Assembly (NCBI GenBank): GCA_035084275.1 | Contig: CM068764.1 | Location: forward strand, 5,022,001-5,086,000 | Direction of reading: 5' to 3' | DNA length: 64,000 bases | From: Hydrolagus colliei | Taxonomy: Eukaryota | In this document: one piece after another, positions 39,376 to 51,515 of the stretch | Layout: every line of letters begins with the position of its first letter | Position numbering within the stretch: position 1 is the stretch's first letter | Notes under the pieces: generated by a model | Told to the model about the DNA's origin: nothing | Database searches by the model: none | Seen by the model: the letters and a program-made list of their open reading frames with translations, nothing else | Translations under genes and position numbers: made by a program

Positions 39376-42300
39376 CTGTTATGTAGGGGTTGGGGGTGGT
39401 GGTGGGCGGGGGGGGGGGGGGGAGGGGGTTTGGGCGGGAGAATGAGACAGAAAACATTAAATTCAATTTTTAAAAATAAAAATCAGAAAATATTTCAATT
39501 TTCAAGCTTCATAATTTTACAACCTAATAATCCCTCCAGGAAACAATGAGAATTTGGTCACCCAATCCATGGCCGTTTGTGGCACATTGCTGTGCACAAT
39601 TGGGTGTCGTGTTTTTGCCCACAAATATAGTCAATTCATTTTAAAGAAGATTCTGTGAGACGCTTTGAGACGTCTCGAAGATGTAAAAAGTGCGATATAA
39701 AATGCAAGTATTATTATTATTATATAGGAATGTACAGGACTAAAACAATTCCATTATGTCCTCTTGTCCAAATTCGATGAAATGCTCTCATGTCTTATAA
39801 TCTTCCAAAATGGCAAAAAAAAATGCAGTTCCCTTCTTGCATTTTACAAATATTGAGGTCAATTCTTGCCAATTCTGCACTATCTCTTTCTGTCTCCACT
39901 ATCTGTTTATTCACTACCCTCTGTTTCATTGAGATTGCTGTTCCAAGATGGGGAAGCGTGCCAAATCTCATTCACTGTACCAACAATGGGAGACAAACCT
40001 AGCGATATAATTGAACAGATCATTCCAGCCAGGAGGGACTCTAAATTGCCGGTCTGACAGGCTGTTTCCTGATACCACACAAAGGGAAATATCTTCTCTG
40101 AGCGAGGAGACACTCATAATCCAAATGAAATTCAGCCTGTGGCAGCAGAACCTTCTGGTCACCTGTTAATAGTGGAGCTTCGCTGAAGTCAAGGATCGTA
40201 AGTACTTAGTCACTTACTCGACCACTACCTTACAAAACAACAAATGCTATTACATTCAGGTTATAGAACCCCAACCGTGTCTTAAAATGACACAGCCTTT
40301 TGTTTCGGTGATACTTAGGGATGCGGAGGGCGGGGGGAAGTAACATTCTGGATCTAAATCGAGAAGGCACAAAAGCCTTGACAATTGACATTACCCCACA
40401 CAACAGGGTTTTGAGTTACATCTTAAGCCCTATGTTTAATTTTCTGCCTTACAATTCCTAATTATAATCAGCAACAGGGGGACCTTCCCCTAGAATAAGC
40501 ACATAACTGAAATACTTCTAGCAACCTTAATCTCCTCAGTCAACACTGCAATTCTTCAATTTCTATTAAATCCAGGCCTGCCCTGACAACTTGCATTAAT
40601 CCAACAGAGACTCAAAAACAAACCCACTGGAAAGAGAGTAACCGAGGTTAGGAAATACTGCCCAACCACAGACGATAATCCAAATTATTATTATGAATTA
40701 GGACCCAATTCAAGTCCGTGGCAAAGACTGGGTGCCAAACCAGAGGCTGTGTACACAGCTAAAATCCTTCAATAGTTGATGAATTTAGTTGCATTAACAT
40801 TCATGTTTTACACAACTCGTACAAAGCAGCCCTGTGAAGGGAATACCAGAGGCAGAGGCTGGAATCACTGGCATTTTCGCATAATTCATTGTAGCTCACA
40901 TTAACAACAGACAGCTCACAATTTTAACTTCGAAACCACCCACATGACAAAGCTAACATCTTGACCCTGGGAACAAATACTCAGACTGCCTTTTGGTGGT
41001 TGGAGACACAAAGGAGACAATACACGTGGGCAAAGTATTTAGGGTGGTTGTCCCCATATACAAACCCCATACCCCATCCCCCCTCCCCCGCCCCAACGTA
41101 TCAAGACCTCAAATTGTCGCAGGACAATGCAGATCTGAACCACGTCTTCACAACAACCTGAGCAAGCCGGGCCTGAGCCCCCGTGATCCAAGTTCTCGAG
41201 CGAGCTCTGCCTTCCAATATCTCTGCTTCCTCTCCGTCTGGGCAGATCAAAGAATGTATGACTGTGTGTGCGGCTAACAGGAGGTGCTCTGTGGGATCCG
41301 CAGGTCACAGGTCACCCTGCACCCAAGACTTAGGGAGCACAAACCCACTTGCTGCACAATACTAGGGCACTTGTGATGCAGTATTGCACACGTACTGAGA
41401 GTCGTCATCGGGCACTTTCCTGGGACCTAGAACTGAACAGTGTCAGAAGGACTTCTCAGCCATCAATGAAGAAACAGGTCTTTTCTGTACATCTGAAATG
41501 CCCAACCACAGACCTATGAATTGTCCACCTCCCCTCCGCATCAATCACCCAGCTCAGACCCACACCCCACCCAACCCCACCCCACCCCTCCAATCGCTCT
41601 CTTCGTAAATCGGTTCGAAGAATTCTCACACGTGAAAGACACCCACGTGCTGCTGTCAATTGGTTCCGTATAAGAATCCGGGCAACTTCAATCTTGAGAC
41701 GAAAGTGACCTTACTGTGTAGAATCTTAAAAGAGCTTCCCACACCGCATACATTGCATAATCACATCCTGCGTACTTTTAACTTTCCAATTGACGGTAAA
41801 TATAATCGCTGAAGGATAAAGCCAATTTCTGCCCCTGCTGTGCTCTGGCAACTGCATAAGCAAAATCCTATTTCCACAGCTGCCACATCAGCAGCCAGGA
41901 TACATGCAAGCACAGCCCCACCTGTCAATGCTGTATTATTTTATGCATTTCATTCAGTAGCTGTTAGCCGGGTACAGTAGCCATTTGTGGCTTGAGCAAT
42001 GTCAAGGCAACAGCGACATTGCTTTGAAGTTACTCTTGAAGGATTTTTTTTAAATGACTGTGAGCTAAGAAACTGGTGATAAATAAGAGCATTCATATTC
42101 CAAACCACATAATATTACATACATGATAGACATAATGTTCCCAGAAGAATAAATATTTTAAGGAAAGCCACACAAACAGTTATGGGGGTATTGTTATTTT
42201 AAGTTATTATTACTCCTAGAAAGCGATCTATTAGTCGACTAACAAACGGGGTCCTACTTACTCCTAGGTAAGCAGAGGTGTATGGAGTAAGGCAACTTGC

Positions 42301-43874
42301 CTAAGGTTTTGACCCGCCTGAGAATCGAACCTCTTGCTTGCTAAGCAAGTACTCTAACCAACAAACCATAGGACCCCACTATTATTTGCTTAACGTGAAA
42401 TGCACAAAAAGGCTGTCAACCTCGGTAGTCTTACACTGGAAGAGCCGTGGAGATGTGGAGATGATTTATTCCACAAGGTAATTGCAGTGGTGAGCTCCAC
42501 AAAACCGGTCAATTCTTGCCAAGAGCCATAGCAAATAACATGGGCTTTGTACAGCACCGACCTATTTGAAAGGCTCGTCCCGAGTACAAGGAATGAAAAC
42601 AAAACACACCCTGCAAAATGTGGCTCGGATTCTCACACGTTCGTGCTCATTTCACCAACCAGGCGTTAGAAGAAAATTGTAATGGTACACTGAGACATGT
42701 GAAACCAACGTACCAGATTCCACTCTTACGCATTCCTTATGTAGTATATTTACACACTGGAAACACTTTAAGAGAGAAAAAAATATCTCGGCTTCATTTC
42801 CCCCCCCCTCCTTGTCTGAAACACGCATGCGCACATATTTATTCTCTACTCCTCTGAAATCATAGCACACAGACTCTTGTCTATTGCAGGGGGGGGGGGG
42901 GAGGTGTTGGGGGGTCGTGGGGGGGGGTGGAGGTGGAGATTCATGCAAGCCATGGAACTTATTCGTCTGGAACCAATTTTGTTGCATGTTTGGACAATGG
43001 GAACCCGGCTGTGGTAGAGAATGTGTTACATCCGTTCGCTCTCTCATGCTATAACAGCATACCAGTGCAACATACAGAATTTACCAGCCTGGCAGAGCAA
43101 CATTCAAATTCATCACACACACGCACACACACCAGGGGCTAAAGTAATAGGTCTGCTAGACACACAAACCAGAGGCTCGTGAATTTAGGTTCATAGAACT
43201 GATCTCTTGCTCAAACCGTGGTGATTTCAGTCGGACCGGTTCTCATTCTGTCCACTTGGTGGAGTAACACAAAGAAACAAGTGTTCAATGTACACTCTCC
43301 AGATAACATCAGAGGGCCGTGGGGAGAGAAGGGAGAGGAGTGAGAAACACAGGGAGGTGCGCAGCTCACAACTCAGCACCTGTCTGTATAATGTAGAGCT
43401 CTCTGGCAAGAGGCAGTCTTAACGAGCAAATATCGGAGGAAAAATAGAAGATGTGACAAGACATTAAATCAAATGCAAGGATTGTTGTTAGTAGTATTAT
43501 ATTTGGCCCGTCGTCGAAAACGACAGACACTATATCAATCCTCCCGAAGGGAAAGGTGCTGTACAAACGTGGATTGTTGTGCTTTGTTGTTGTTGATGTA
43601 GCATCTTTCACGTCGGGAGGACGTCTCAAAGCGCTTCACTGGGTTTGAAGTATCGTTGTAAAATGCAACGGCTGTGGGATTTTTGGAGGCTAACCTTTGA
43701 CCAAACTCATTTCTACATTTAGGCAAAGAGGTAGAGGAAAACAGCTGCTGAAATGAAATGAATGATACGATAACATTGCACTGTTTCAAGTGAAAACTAT
43801 CAGACACCGCGTAAGCCGAGTCATAAACCCTTGTTAATGGCAAGCAGTCGTTCAAGCACTTTCTTCGCTAGGAG

Positions 43875-43905
43875 GGAGGAGAGAGAGAGAGAGAGAGAGA
43901 GAGAG
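43875..43905. repeat. (GA)n microsatellite
   Basis: Seen directly. Confidence 0.9.
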
Positions 43906-44767
43906 GTTAGTGGTGACTTTTAAGTGTAGTTGCTGCTTTGTCAGTCCATGAATCATGGATCCATCATTGGATTAACAGATGCAAATGTTTGCAATGGAAG
44001 CTAAGAGCTTCAACGGACGTGTCCGCACCTTACTCTGAGATCATGGAAGATGATGACCAACAAAAAGAGAGTTGACTGCAAAGCTCTGCTCGCACAAACT
44101 CAACGCACAGGTAGGTATTTCCCACGTCACCACCACTGCGTCCCACAGGGCGACCAGGACGAACACCAGGCACCAGCTACTTGGGAACAGTCTCAGATTG
44201 AACTGCTTCCCGAGCAGTCTGCGGTCTGAACGCAACCCAACCCTGCCTCTCAGCGAAATTCGCAGACACCAGCCCGAGGGCCTGAGGGAGGCCAGTCAAC
44301 GCTGACAGACATATGGGCAAGGGGAAAGCAATTAGTCACCAGCCTTCGGAAAGAGTTCAGAGGTCTGTCTGCCAAGGACCATTAGCATATGACTAACACT
44401 GCCTGAAATGTAATGGAAGGTTCTCATCCATAAATAAACTGAAACCATACACTAACATTGTGAGATTTTTTGAAGACATCCATGCACATTTTTCTTGGCA
44501 AAGTAGCCAGCCGTTCAAAGTAGTAAAGGCCTTTTTTCTGCCCTACTCCCCACCCCGCCACACAAAACGAATCCTTCAAATTTGTAGCTTTTGTAAAGTT
44601 CCAATATGGCTACTGTATAAATTTTCTGGTGAGCTGTGTGATTTTCATATTCCTTGGTGAGAGGTGTAGCAAAGGATTATATTTGCCGAAACGCTATCGA
44701 CCACACAATGAAAGAAAGTACTTGTATTTTTACAGCACCTTATCACATTATAACATCAAAGCATCTC

Positions 44768-45095
44768 GGATTCCTGTAGCTCAGTTAGACTACTCGCCTG
44801 ACAAGCGGGAGACCTGGGTTCGATTCCCAGCAGGGCGAAACCTTGGGCAGGTTTCCATATTCTACACGCCTAATTATAATCCCTCGATACAATTTTTTTT
44901 TTAATTGGTCATTTCAATCCACAACTGTTTGTGGGACACTGCTATGCACAATTAGCCGCCCACAAATATACAGGAAATTCACTTTACAGTATAATAATAA
45001 TTATCCTTGCATTTGATATAGTGCTTTTCACATCTTATCGACATCTCAAAGTGTTTCACAGAATACACTGTAAAGTGAATTGACTATATATTTGT
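44768..45095. mobile_element. SINE (+, 44768-44992) whose tail is replaced by an inverted tail segment (-, 44991-45095)
   Basis: The + copy stops at actttacagtat and is followed immediately by aataataattatccttgcatttg..., the reverse complement of the tail. Confidence 0.82.
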
Positions 45096-46030
45096 AATTA
45101 CAACTGCAACTGCAACAAGGCAGTTGTATCTGCAACAAGGCAATGTCTTGTGACTGCTTTATTATACTTATTGGGGAAGGGGATGCAGTTGGCATCTCTT
45201 ACCCTTTGCTTTAACATTTTCGAGACAACAGTGAGAGTGAACATCCTACTTACTTAAGCGCGGTGAGAAGCTACACTGCGTAAGAGGCGCTATACAAATA
45301 CAAAGCTGTTGTTAAGTGTGAAGTTGAACTGCTGTAAGAACTTGAACTGAAAGAACTTGAAATGGGCCCACAGCACTGGAGCAGTAAATTACCAATATTA
45401 CAACCGCAAAAAAAAAACCTACAGTAACAGGTTCAAAGCCATCAGGAGCAGCAGGGTAGCTGAAAACTTGCGCACTGATAGTGGCGCAGGGGAACAAGAC
45501 GCAGGCCAGTGTTCAGTGGAAGGTCTGGGGCAGCAAGATTGTGGGTGGTGGAGAGGCCATGGAAGGATTTGAATGGGAGACAATTTCCCCCTCCATAACC
45601 ATGGGCACCAAGGCCAATCTTCGCACGTGATATTATTTTCTGCCACTCTGGATCAGATCAGCTAACTCAGCACACAGCCAGGGATCTCACAGCTGGAACC
45701 TTGTCTCCGCGCATTCAAACGCAAGTGACAGTGGTTAACGCGTACCGATTTAAAGGGATTCAGGAAAATGGGGATAAAACGGACAGGTGGAGTTAGATTA
45801 GAAGATCAGCCATGATCTTATTGAATGGTGGGGCAGGATTGAGGGGTCAAATGGCCTACTCCAGCTCCTTATTCTTATGTTCTTATGGTCTCATCAGGAG
45901 TGGGAAATCAGTACCAGGATGCTGAGGTTATATTTAGTTTGTCCAATTGCCTGGTCTGTATGAGTTGGCATAGCTGCTCACTTACTGAGTCATCATGCGC
46001 TGCCTGGACAATGCTTTGTCAGCTCCTTAC

Positions 46031-46172
46031 CATTGTGCCATCAGTCAGGGTGCTTCCTGAGAACCTCTTCGCCAGTAGCCCTTCGAAATTTGTCGTCCTC
46101 TGAATAGCAAACAGCAAAAGCTTCACTTCAATCTCTTTGGCCCTCGTTCGCATGATTTTCGCCAGCTCGTTC
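46031..46172 (-). CDS. VPS53: VPS53 exon 11, 142 nt, [47 protein letters not shown]
   Basis: Within ORF 46019..46366; ttcag| acceptor, |gtaagg donor; phase 2-0. Confidence 0.97.
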
Positions 46173-46952
46173 CTGAAACACAGAAGACAAAATGCAGATT
46201 TAAGCCTCAAGGCCCTGATTCCCAAGTCCCCACTTTCAAGAGAGTAAAGGAAGGGTCTTGAGAGGGGAAGGGACTTCCGCAACATGTAGGAAAGTGCAGA
46301 GAAAGCCATCGGCTCTAGTGAGCGTCTCCCGGTCGGAGAGCTCGACCTGGAGTGGCTGCTGCACATCCTTGCATTGGATACAGCATCTTATTACACCGTC
46401 AAGACATCTCAAAACACTTCACAGAATTTCACTATAAAAAAGGTTTTGCTACTTATCAGCCAGGCTGCTGAACGATTTGTTATGGCAAGGTGGAAAAACA
46501 GAGGATTCACAGTGTTTGCAATGTACAACAACAACTTGTGTTTATATAGCGCCTTTCACGCCGGACGGCGTCTCAGATTGTTTTAAGGCATCTCGGTATA
46601 CAGTCAACTACTCAACCAGGTTCAACTTGTACTGACTTAGTCATATCAGCTGGCTATTATGGGTTATTACAATTGGCCTTGGATTACAGAGAATAGAACC
46701 AAGGTACAAATCAGGTCCTGGCCACTGCCGTGATCTCCTTCTTCCCATCCAAGAATGCGCGTGTGTTCGGACACTGGTTGAGGGCAGCTTTAGGCTCAAT
46801 TGTGAAGCTAATCCCAGCTTCAATGCCAACCCTCACTACCCAGGCTCACATGTGATGAATGGGAATTAGAGCAAAATCCAGTGCCATCAGACAGGAAACT
46901 GAGGGGGGGGGGGGGGGGGGGGGAGGGGGAAAGGGAAGCAGAAATAAGCATT

Positions 46953-47231
46953 TAATAATGATAAGAATCCATGCATTTTGATATATCACTTTTCACGTCT
47001 CACAGCGCTACATAGAATATACTGTACAGTGAATTGACTGCACACTTGTGGGCGAAACATGGCAGCCAATTGTTCAGAGCTGTGTCCTACAAACATTTGA
47101 AGATTGAAACGACTAATTACTTTTTTTGACGGATTGTTATTAGTAAGGAAGACCTGCCCACGGTTTCGCCATGCTGGAATTGAACCAGGTCTCTCGCTTG
47201 TCAGTCGAGTGCTCTAACCACTCTTACAGGA
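46953..47231 (-). mobile_element. tRNA/L2-tail SINE between exons 10 and 11
   Basis: Consensus match. Confidence 0.87.
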
Positions 47232-47490
47232 AGCCTTTAATAACTATTATAGAGCTACAGGAAGCCTGAAACCTTTAATAACCATAACTTTTGTTTTTGA
47301 TATAGTGTCTTATCACGTCTTCGAGATGTCTTAAAAGTGCTTCGCAGAATATATTTTGTGAGCAAAATGCCACAAACAATTGCCCAACAGGTCTGAAATG
47401 TTCTGCTGCACGTCACCTGTTGTAAAGGGAAGAGAAAATTTGACAGGAGGCTAAAGGAAAAACAGAAATCACCAGGTTATTGGTCTCTAC

Positions 47491-47633
47491 CTGGTGATGT
47501 GACAAAACTCCACAGTGATCCGTTCACTCATGCTCCACTCCACCGGGAACATTCGGCCGTACTTCTCTTCATAATCCACCAGCTGCCTCTTTATCCACGC
47601 GTACCTGCGATCGATCTTATCCAGCCAGGCCAC
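47491..47633 (-). CDS. VPS53: VPS53 exon 10, 143 nt, [47 protein letters not shown](R)
   Basis: Conserved peptide read directly; acceptor is ggtaag| (AAG type), donor |gtagag; phase 0-2. Confidence 0.95.
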
Positions 47634-48044
47634 CTTACCAAATCAGGGAGATGAAAGAGTAAGAACACTATACACACACACACACACACACGTCCAACAG
47701 CAACACAATTACAATTGTATATATGCAATCTGCATCAAGAAAAAAAATCTAAACTATTTCCTAATTGGCACCTTAAAATGCTTTAGAAGCCTGAATATGT
47801 TTTCTCCTCATTTGTTTTTTTGGTATCTTCTACTTAGAAACCTGTCAGAAAAAATAAATAATAGGTGCAAATGAATGGTACAAGGAATGACTTGCTAACG
47901 AGAGGGATAAGCATTTATAATGATAACCCTTGCATTTCAATCAGGACCTTATCACATTGTCAAAACATCGCAAAGATTTTAGTATACACGATTTGACTAT
48001 AAAGTATAGTGACTGTGTATTTTGTAGACAAATGTCCCAGCTGT

Positions 48045-48365
48045 GGTGTCCTGTAGCTCAGTGGTTAGAGCACTTGCCTCACAAGTGTGAGACCTGTGTT
48101 CGAATCTAGCACGTCAGGGCGAAACCTTGGCCAAGTTTCGTTACTCCACACTCCTAATAATAATCCCTCAAAAAAAAACACTATAATAAAATTGGTCATT
48201 TCAATCCACGACTGTTTATGGGACACTGTTGTACCCAAGTGACTGCTGTGTTTCGCCCACAAATATCCAGTCAATTCACTTTACAGTACATTCTGTGAAG
48301 CGCTTTGAGGCGTCGAGAAGATGTGAAAAGCGCTATATCAAATGCAAGGATTATTATTTATTATA
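48045..48365 (+). mobile_element. Full-length tRNA/L2-tail SINE between exons 9 and 10
   Basis: Consensus match with intact A/B boxes (tagctcagtgg, gttcgaatc). Confidence 0.92.
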
Positions 48366-48943
48366 GTTAATTTGCACAACGCAATGTTCCCCCAATCAGC
48401 CATGGAGTGAGCCACCAATTTTAATGCTTCAGAGACCATTGGCTCGGACACTAGGGGGAGAGAGAGAGAGAGAAACTCCCTTCTCTTTTCGGATGGTGCC
48501 ACGGGATCTTTAACGTCCACCTGAAGAGGCAGACAGGATTGAGCCAGGCTGACACCTCGAAGAAAGGACGTGAATAAGTTGATTTACATTACTGCACAGT
48601 GAGACGAGGATAGCTCCGCGCTACGGGACAAACCCTCTCCTGCTGCTAAGCTAACAAGGGTATGAAAGGTTCCTCTCTGAATTCGCTGCGGCTGTTACAA
48701 CTTGACACCGTAATAGCCTCGTTGCCATTGTAGTCCCAGAACAACAATTAAAAGCATTACTGAGTTTCCAAAAGCAGAAATTGCTGAGGCGCACATTTGA
48801 GTTCAGCCCGCAAATCACAAATTGTACTCATGTGAGATGCCGCAGCTCTCATACAAGTGTCAATTACAGACATAAACATTGCCCTCGCGGGGCTTATTAC
48901 AATCATCGCAAGTCTAAGTGTTTGTTCAGGTTTTTAAACTCAC

Positions 48944-49087
48944 GTCTTGGTTTTCTTGAAAGAGGACGAGGTACTCGGACAGATGCTGCTTTGTAAACTT
49001 CTTGATGATTTCCTGCTTGATTCGGGGATCGAGGACGTTGGCCACAAGGCAAGCATCGCGCAGGACATTGCTGGGACCTGCTGTTCT
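48944..49087 (-). CDS. VPS53: VPS53 exon 9, 144 nt, [48 protein letters not shown]
   Basis: Within ORF 48926..49150; ccag| acceptor, |gtgagt donor; phase 0-0. Confidence 0.97.
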
Positions 49088-49227
49088 CTGGGAAGATGGA
49101 AAGGAAATCGTCACCAGCGTGCAACACACCACAGGGTTCAAATACAACACAATATGCGTTTATATAGGCGGCTTTCATGGCAGGAGGATGTCTCGCGTGC
49201 TTTGACACAGCTGCCTGGACACCTATT

Positions 49228-49562
49228 ATAATAAATAATCCTTGCATTTGATATAGTACTTTTCACACCTTATCGACGTCCCAAAGCGCTTCGCAGAATA
49301 TACCGCAAAGTGAATTGACTATATTTGTGGGCGAATCGCGGCAGCCAATCGCGCACAGCAGTGTCCCACAAACAGTCGTGGAATGAAACGGCCAATTTTA
49401 TTATTGTGGGTTTTTTTTTGGAGGGATTATTATCAGGTGTGTGGAGTAAGGAAACTTGCCCAAAGTTTCGCCCTGACCTGCCTGGATTCGAACCCAGGTC
49501 TCCCCAGCTTGGTCTCCAGAGCTTGCAAGATAAGTGCTCTAACGACTGAGCCACAGGAGCTC
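49228..49562 (-). mobile_element. Full-length tRNA/L2-tail SINE between exons 8 and 9 (duplicated-head subfamily)
   Basis: Consensus match plus a 14-bp tandem duplication in the head. Confidence 0.92.
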
Positions 49563-49689
49563 AGGGGTGGGCGCTGAAGAGAATGGTGGGTTAGGGGTGT
49601 GGGGGGTGGGTGGGGGGAGGAAAGGAGGAGACGATGAGCCAAACACTGCGTGAGGGGCGCTACGTAAAGGCAAGTTGTTGTTGTTGTTG

Positions 49690-50204
<515 letters not shown>

Positions 50205-51134
50205 TTATTTTATTTTGAGGGGTTTTTTTGGAGGAAGGGGGGGTGGGGGGGGGGGCGGACGCTTTACGGCGCAGCTGCGTAAACGTACGGAAAATAAGAA
50301 AAATAATCCCCGCGCGCTCTCTCTCTCTCTGTGGACGGTACAGAGACTGTAGTCTTCACAGTTGTATACTGTACAACGGCCTGAAATGTAGGCATGTAAC
50401 GCAGTAGCATCAAATAACCCTTAGTTTGCTTGTACTCACAGTGATGCTCTGCCACATTTTGTTCTTGTTAACAGCCCTCTGATCCATTAGATTTGCAACC
50501 GCAGAACATAAAGTTCCTTCTACTGTTGTAGCCAACTTTGTCCATTAATTTTATACAATTTTTCATACAGGGCTGGCATTTTTCTCTCCCTAGTAGTAAA
50601 GAATGGGACATTATGTAAAACTACACGAAGCGTGGAATGTGAGAAGGAAGCCCATCCAGAATTGCAAAACGCTCCATCTTCCCGAATGAGAAATGAGTTT
50701 AGATTTCAACCCCATTGCTCACAACCGCTCTGCGACCTGCTTCTAAACTCGCGAGTAAAAGCGATCTTGAGATAGGAGAGAAAAAATGCAAAGTGTTTGC
50801 TTTGTGCTGTAGCAATTCACAGCAGCTACTGCTTTGCCCCATAATGTTCCAGGCTAGAGACTGATTTTGCCTAACTTCAATTGTGTCTTAAGTCTCGCCC
50901 CAATCAGCAAGGCAAGTTTGGTTGGCTTCTATCATGGGTGCCATTCATTGATTACAATCCAGTTAAAATATTTGCTGCGTTCCATATTTGAAACCCCATA
51001 TTAATTCCGATGGATGTTCAGACAGCGCAAAATGGTGCAAAAGTATAACTGAACAGAGACACACTCCAAACAGGGCAAACGTCAATGTAGTAAGCATGAC
51101 AGGAGCAACAGCTACTTATATTTGTACAAAGGTC

Positions 51135-51515
51135 ACAACAACAACAATTGCACTTATATAGCGCCTTTCACGTCGGGAGGACGTCCCAAAGCGCTGAACA
51201 GTCAGGTCAAGACACGAGCGGGGGGAAGAGGGTCTGGGTAGGGGTAAGGAGAGGGGGAAGAGTTAGTTGGGGAACTGAAGGCGCGGTCAAAGAGCAAGGT
51301 CTTGAGACCGGCCTTGAGGGAGGAAAGGGAGGAAGCGAGGCGGAGGGGCTGCTGGATGGAGTTCCACAGTGTGGGAGCAGAGAGGCTGAAAGTCCTGCCA
51401 CCGATGGCTGGACGTTTAGGGCGGTGGACGCGGAGCAGGCCTGAGTCTGCTGAACGGAGGGTGTGGGCAGGCTGATAGGGAAACAGTAGGTCAGAGAGAT
51501 AGGCAGGGACAAGTG
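51135..51515 (-). mobile_element. L2 3' fragment with (TTG)n tail
   Basis: Minus strand: ttcagcctctctgctcccacactgtggaactccatcc...ttcaaggccggtctcaagacc...cagcgctttgggacgtcctcccgacgtgaaaggcgctatataagtgcaattgttgttgttg. Confidence 0.85.

Noticed and set aside
44105-44150. Plus-strand donor/acceptor pair (cag|gtaggt...cccacag|) suggesting an antisense gene
   Set aside because: The implied intron is only 38 nt, and the flanking frames have no recognisable product.
48045-48120. tRNA genes at SINE heads
   Set aside because: A/B boxes are present, but there is no intact acceptor stem and each continues into SINE body and tail.
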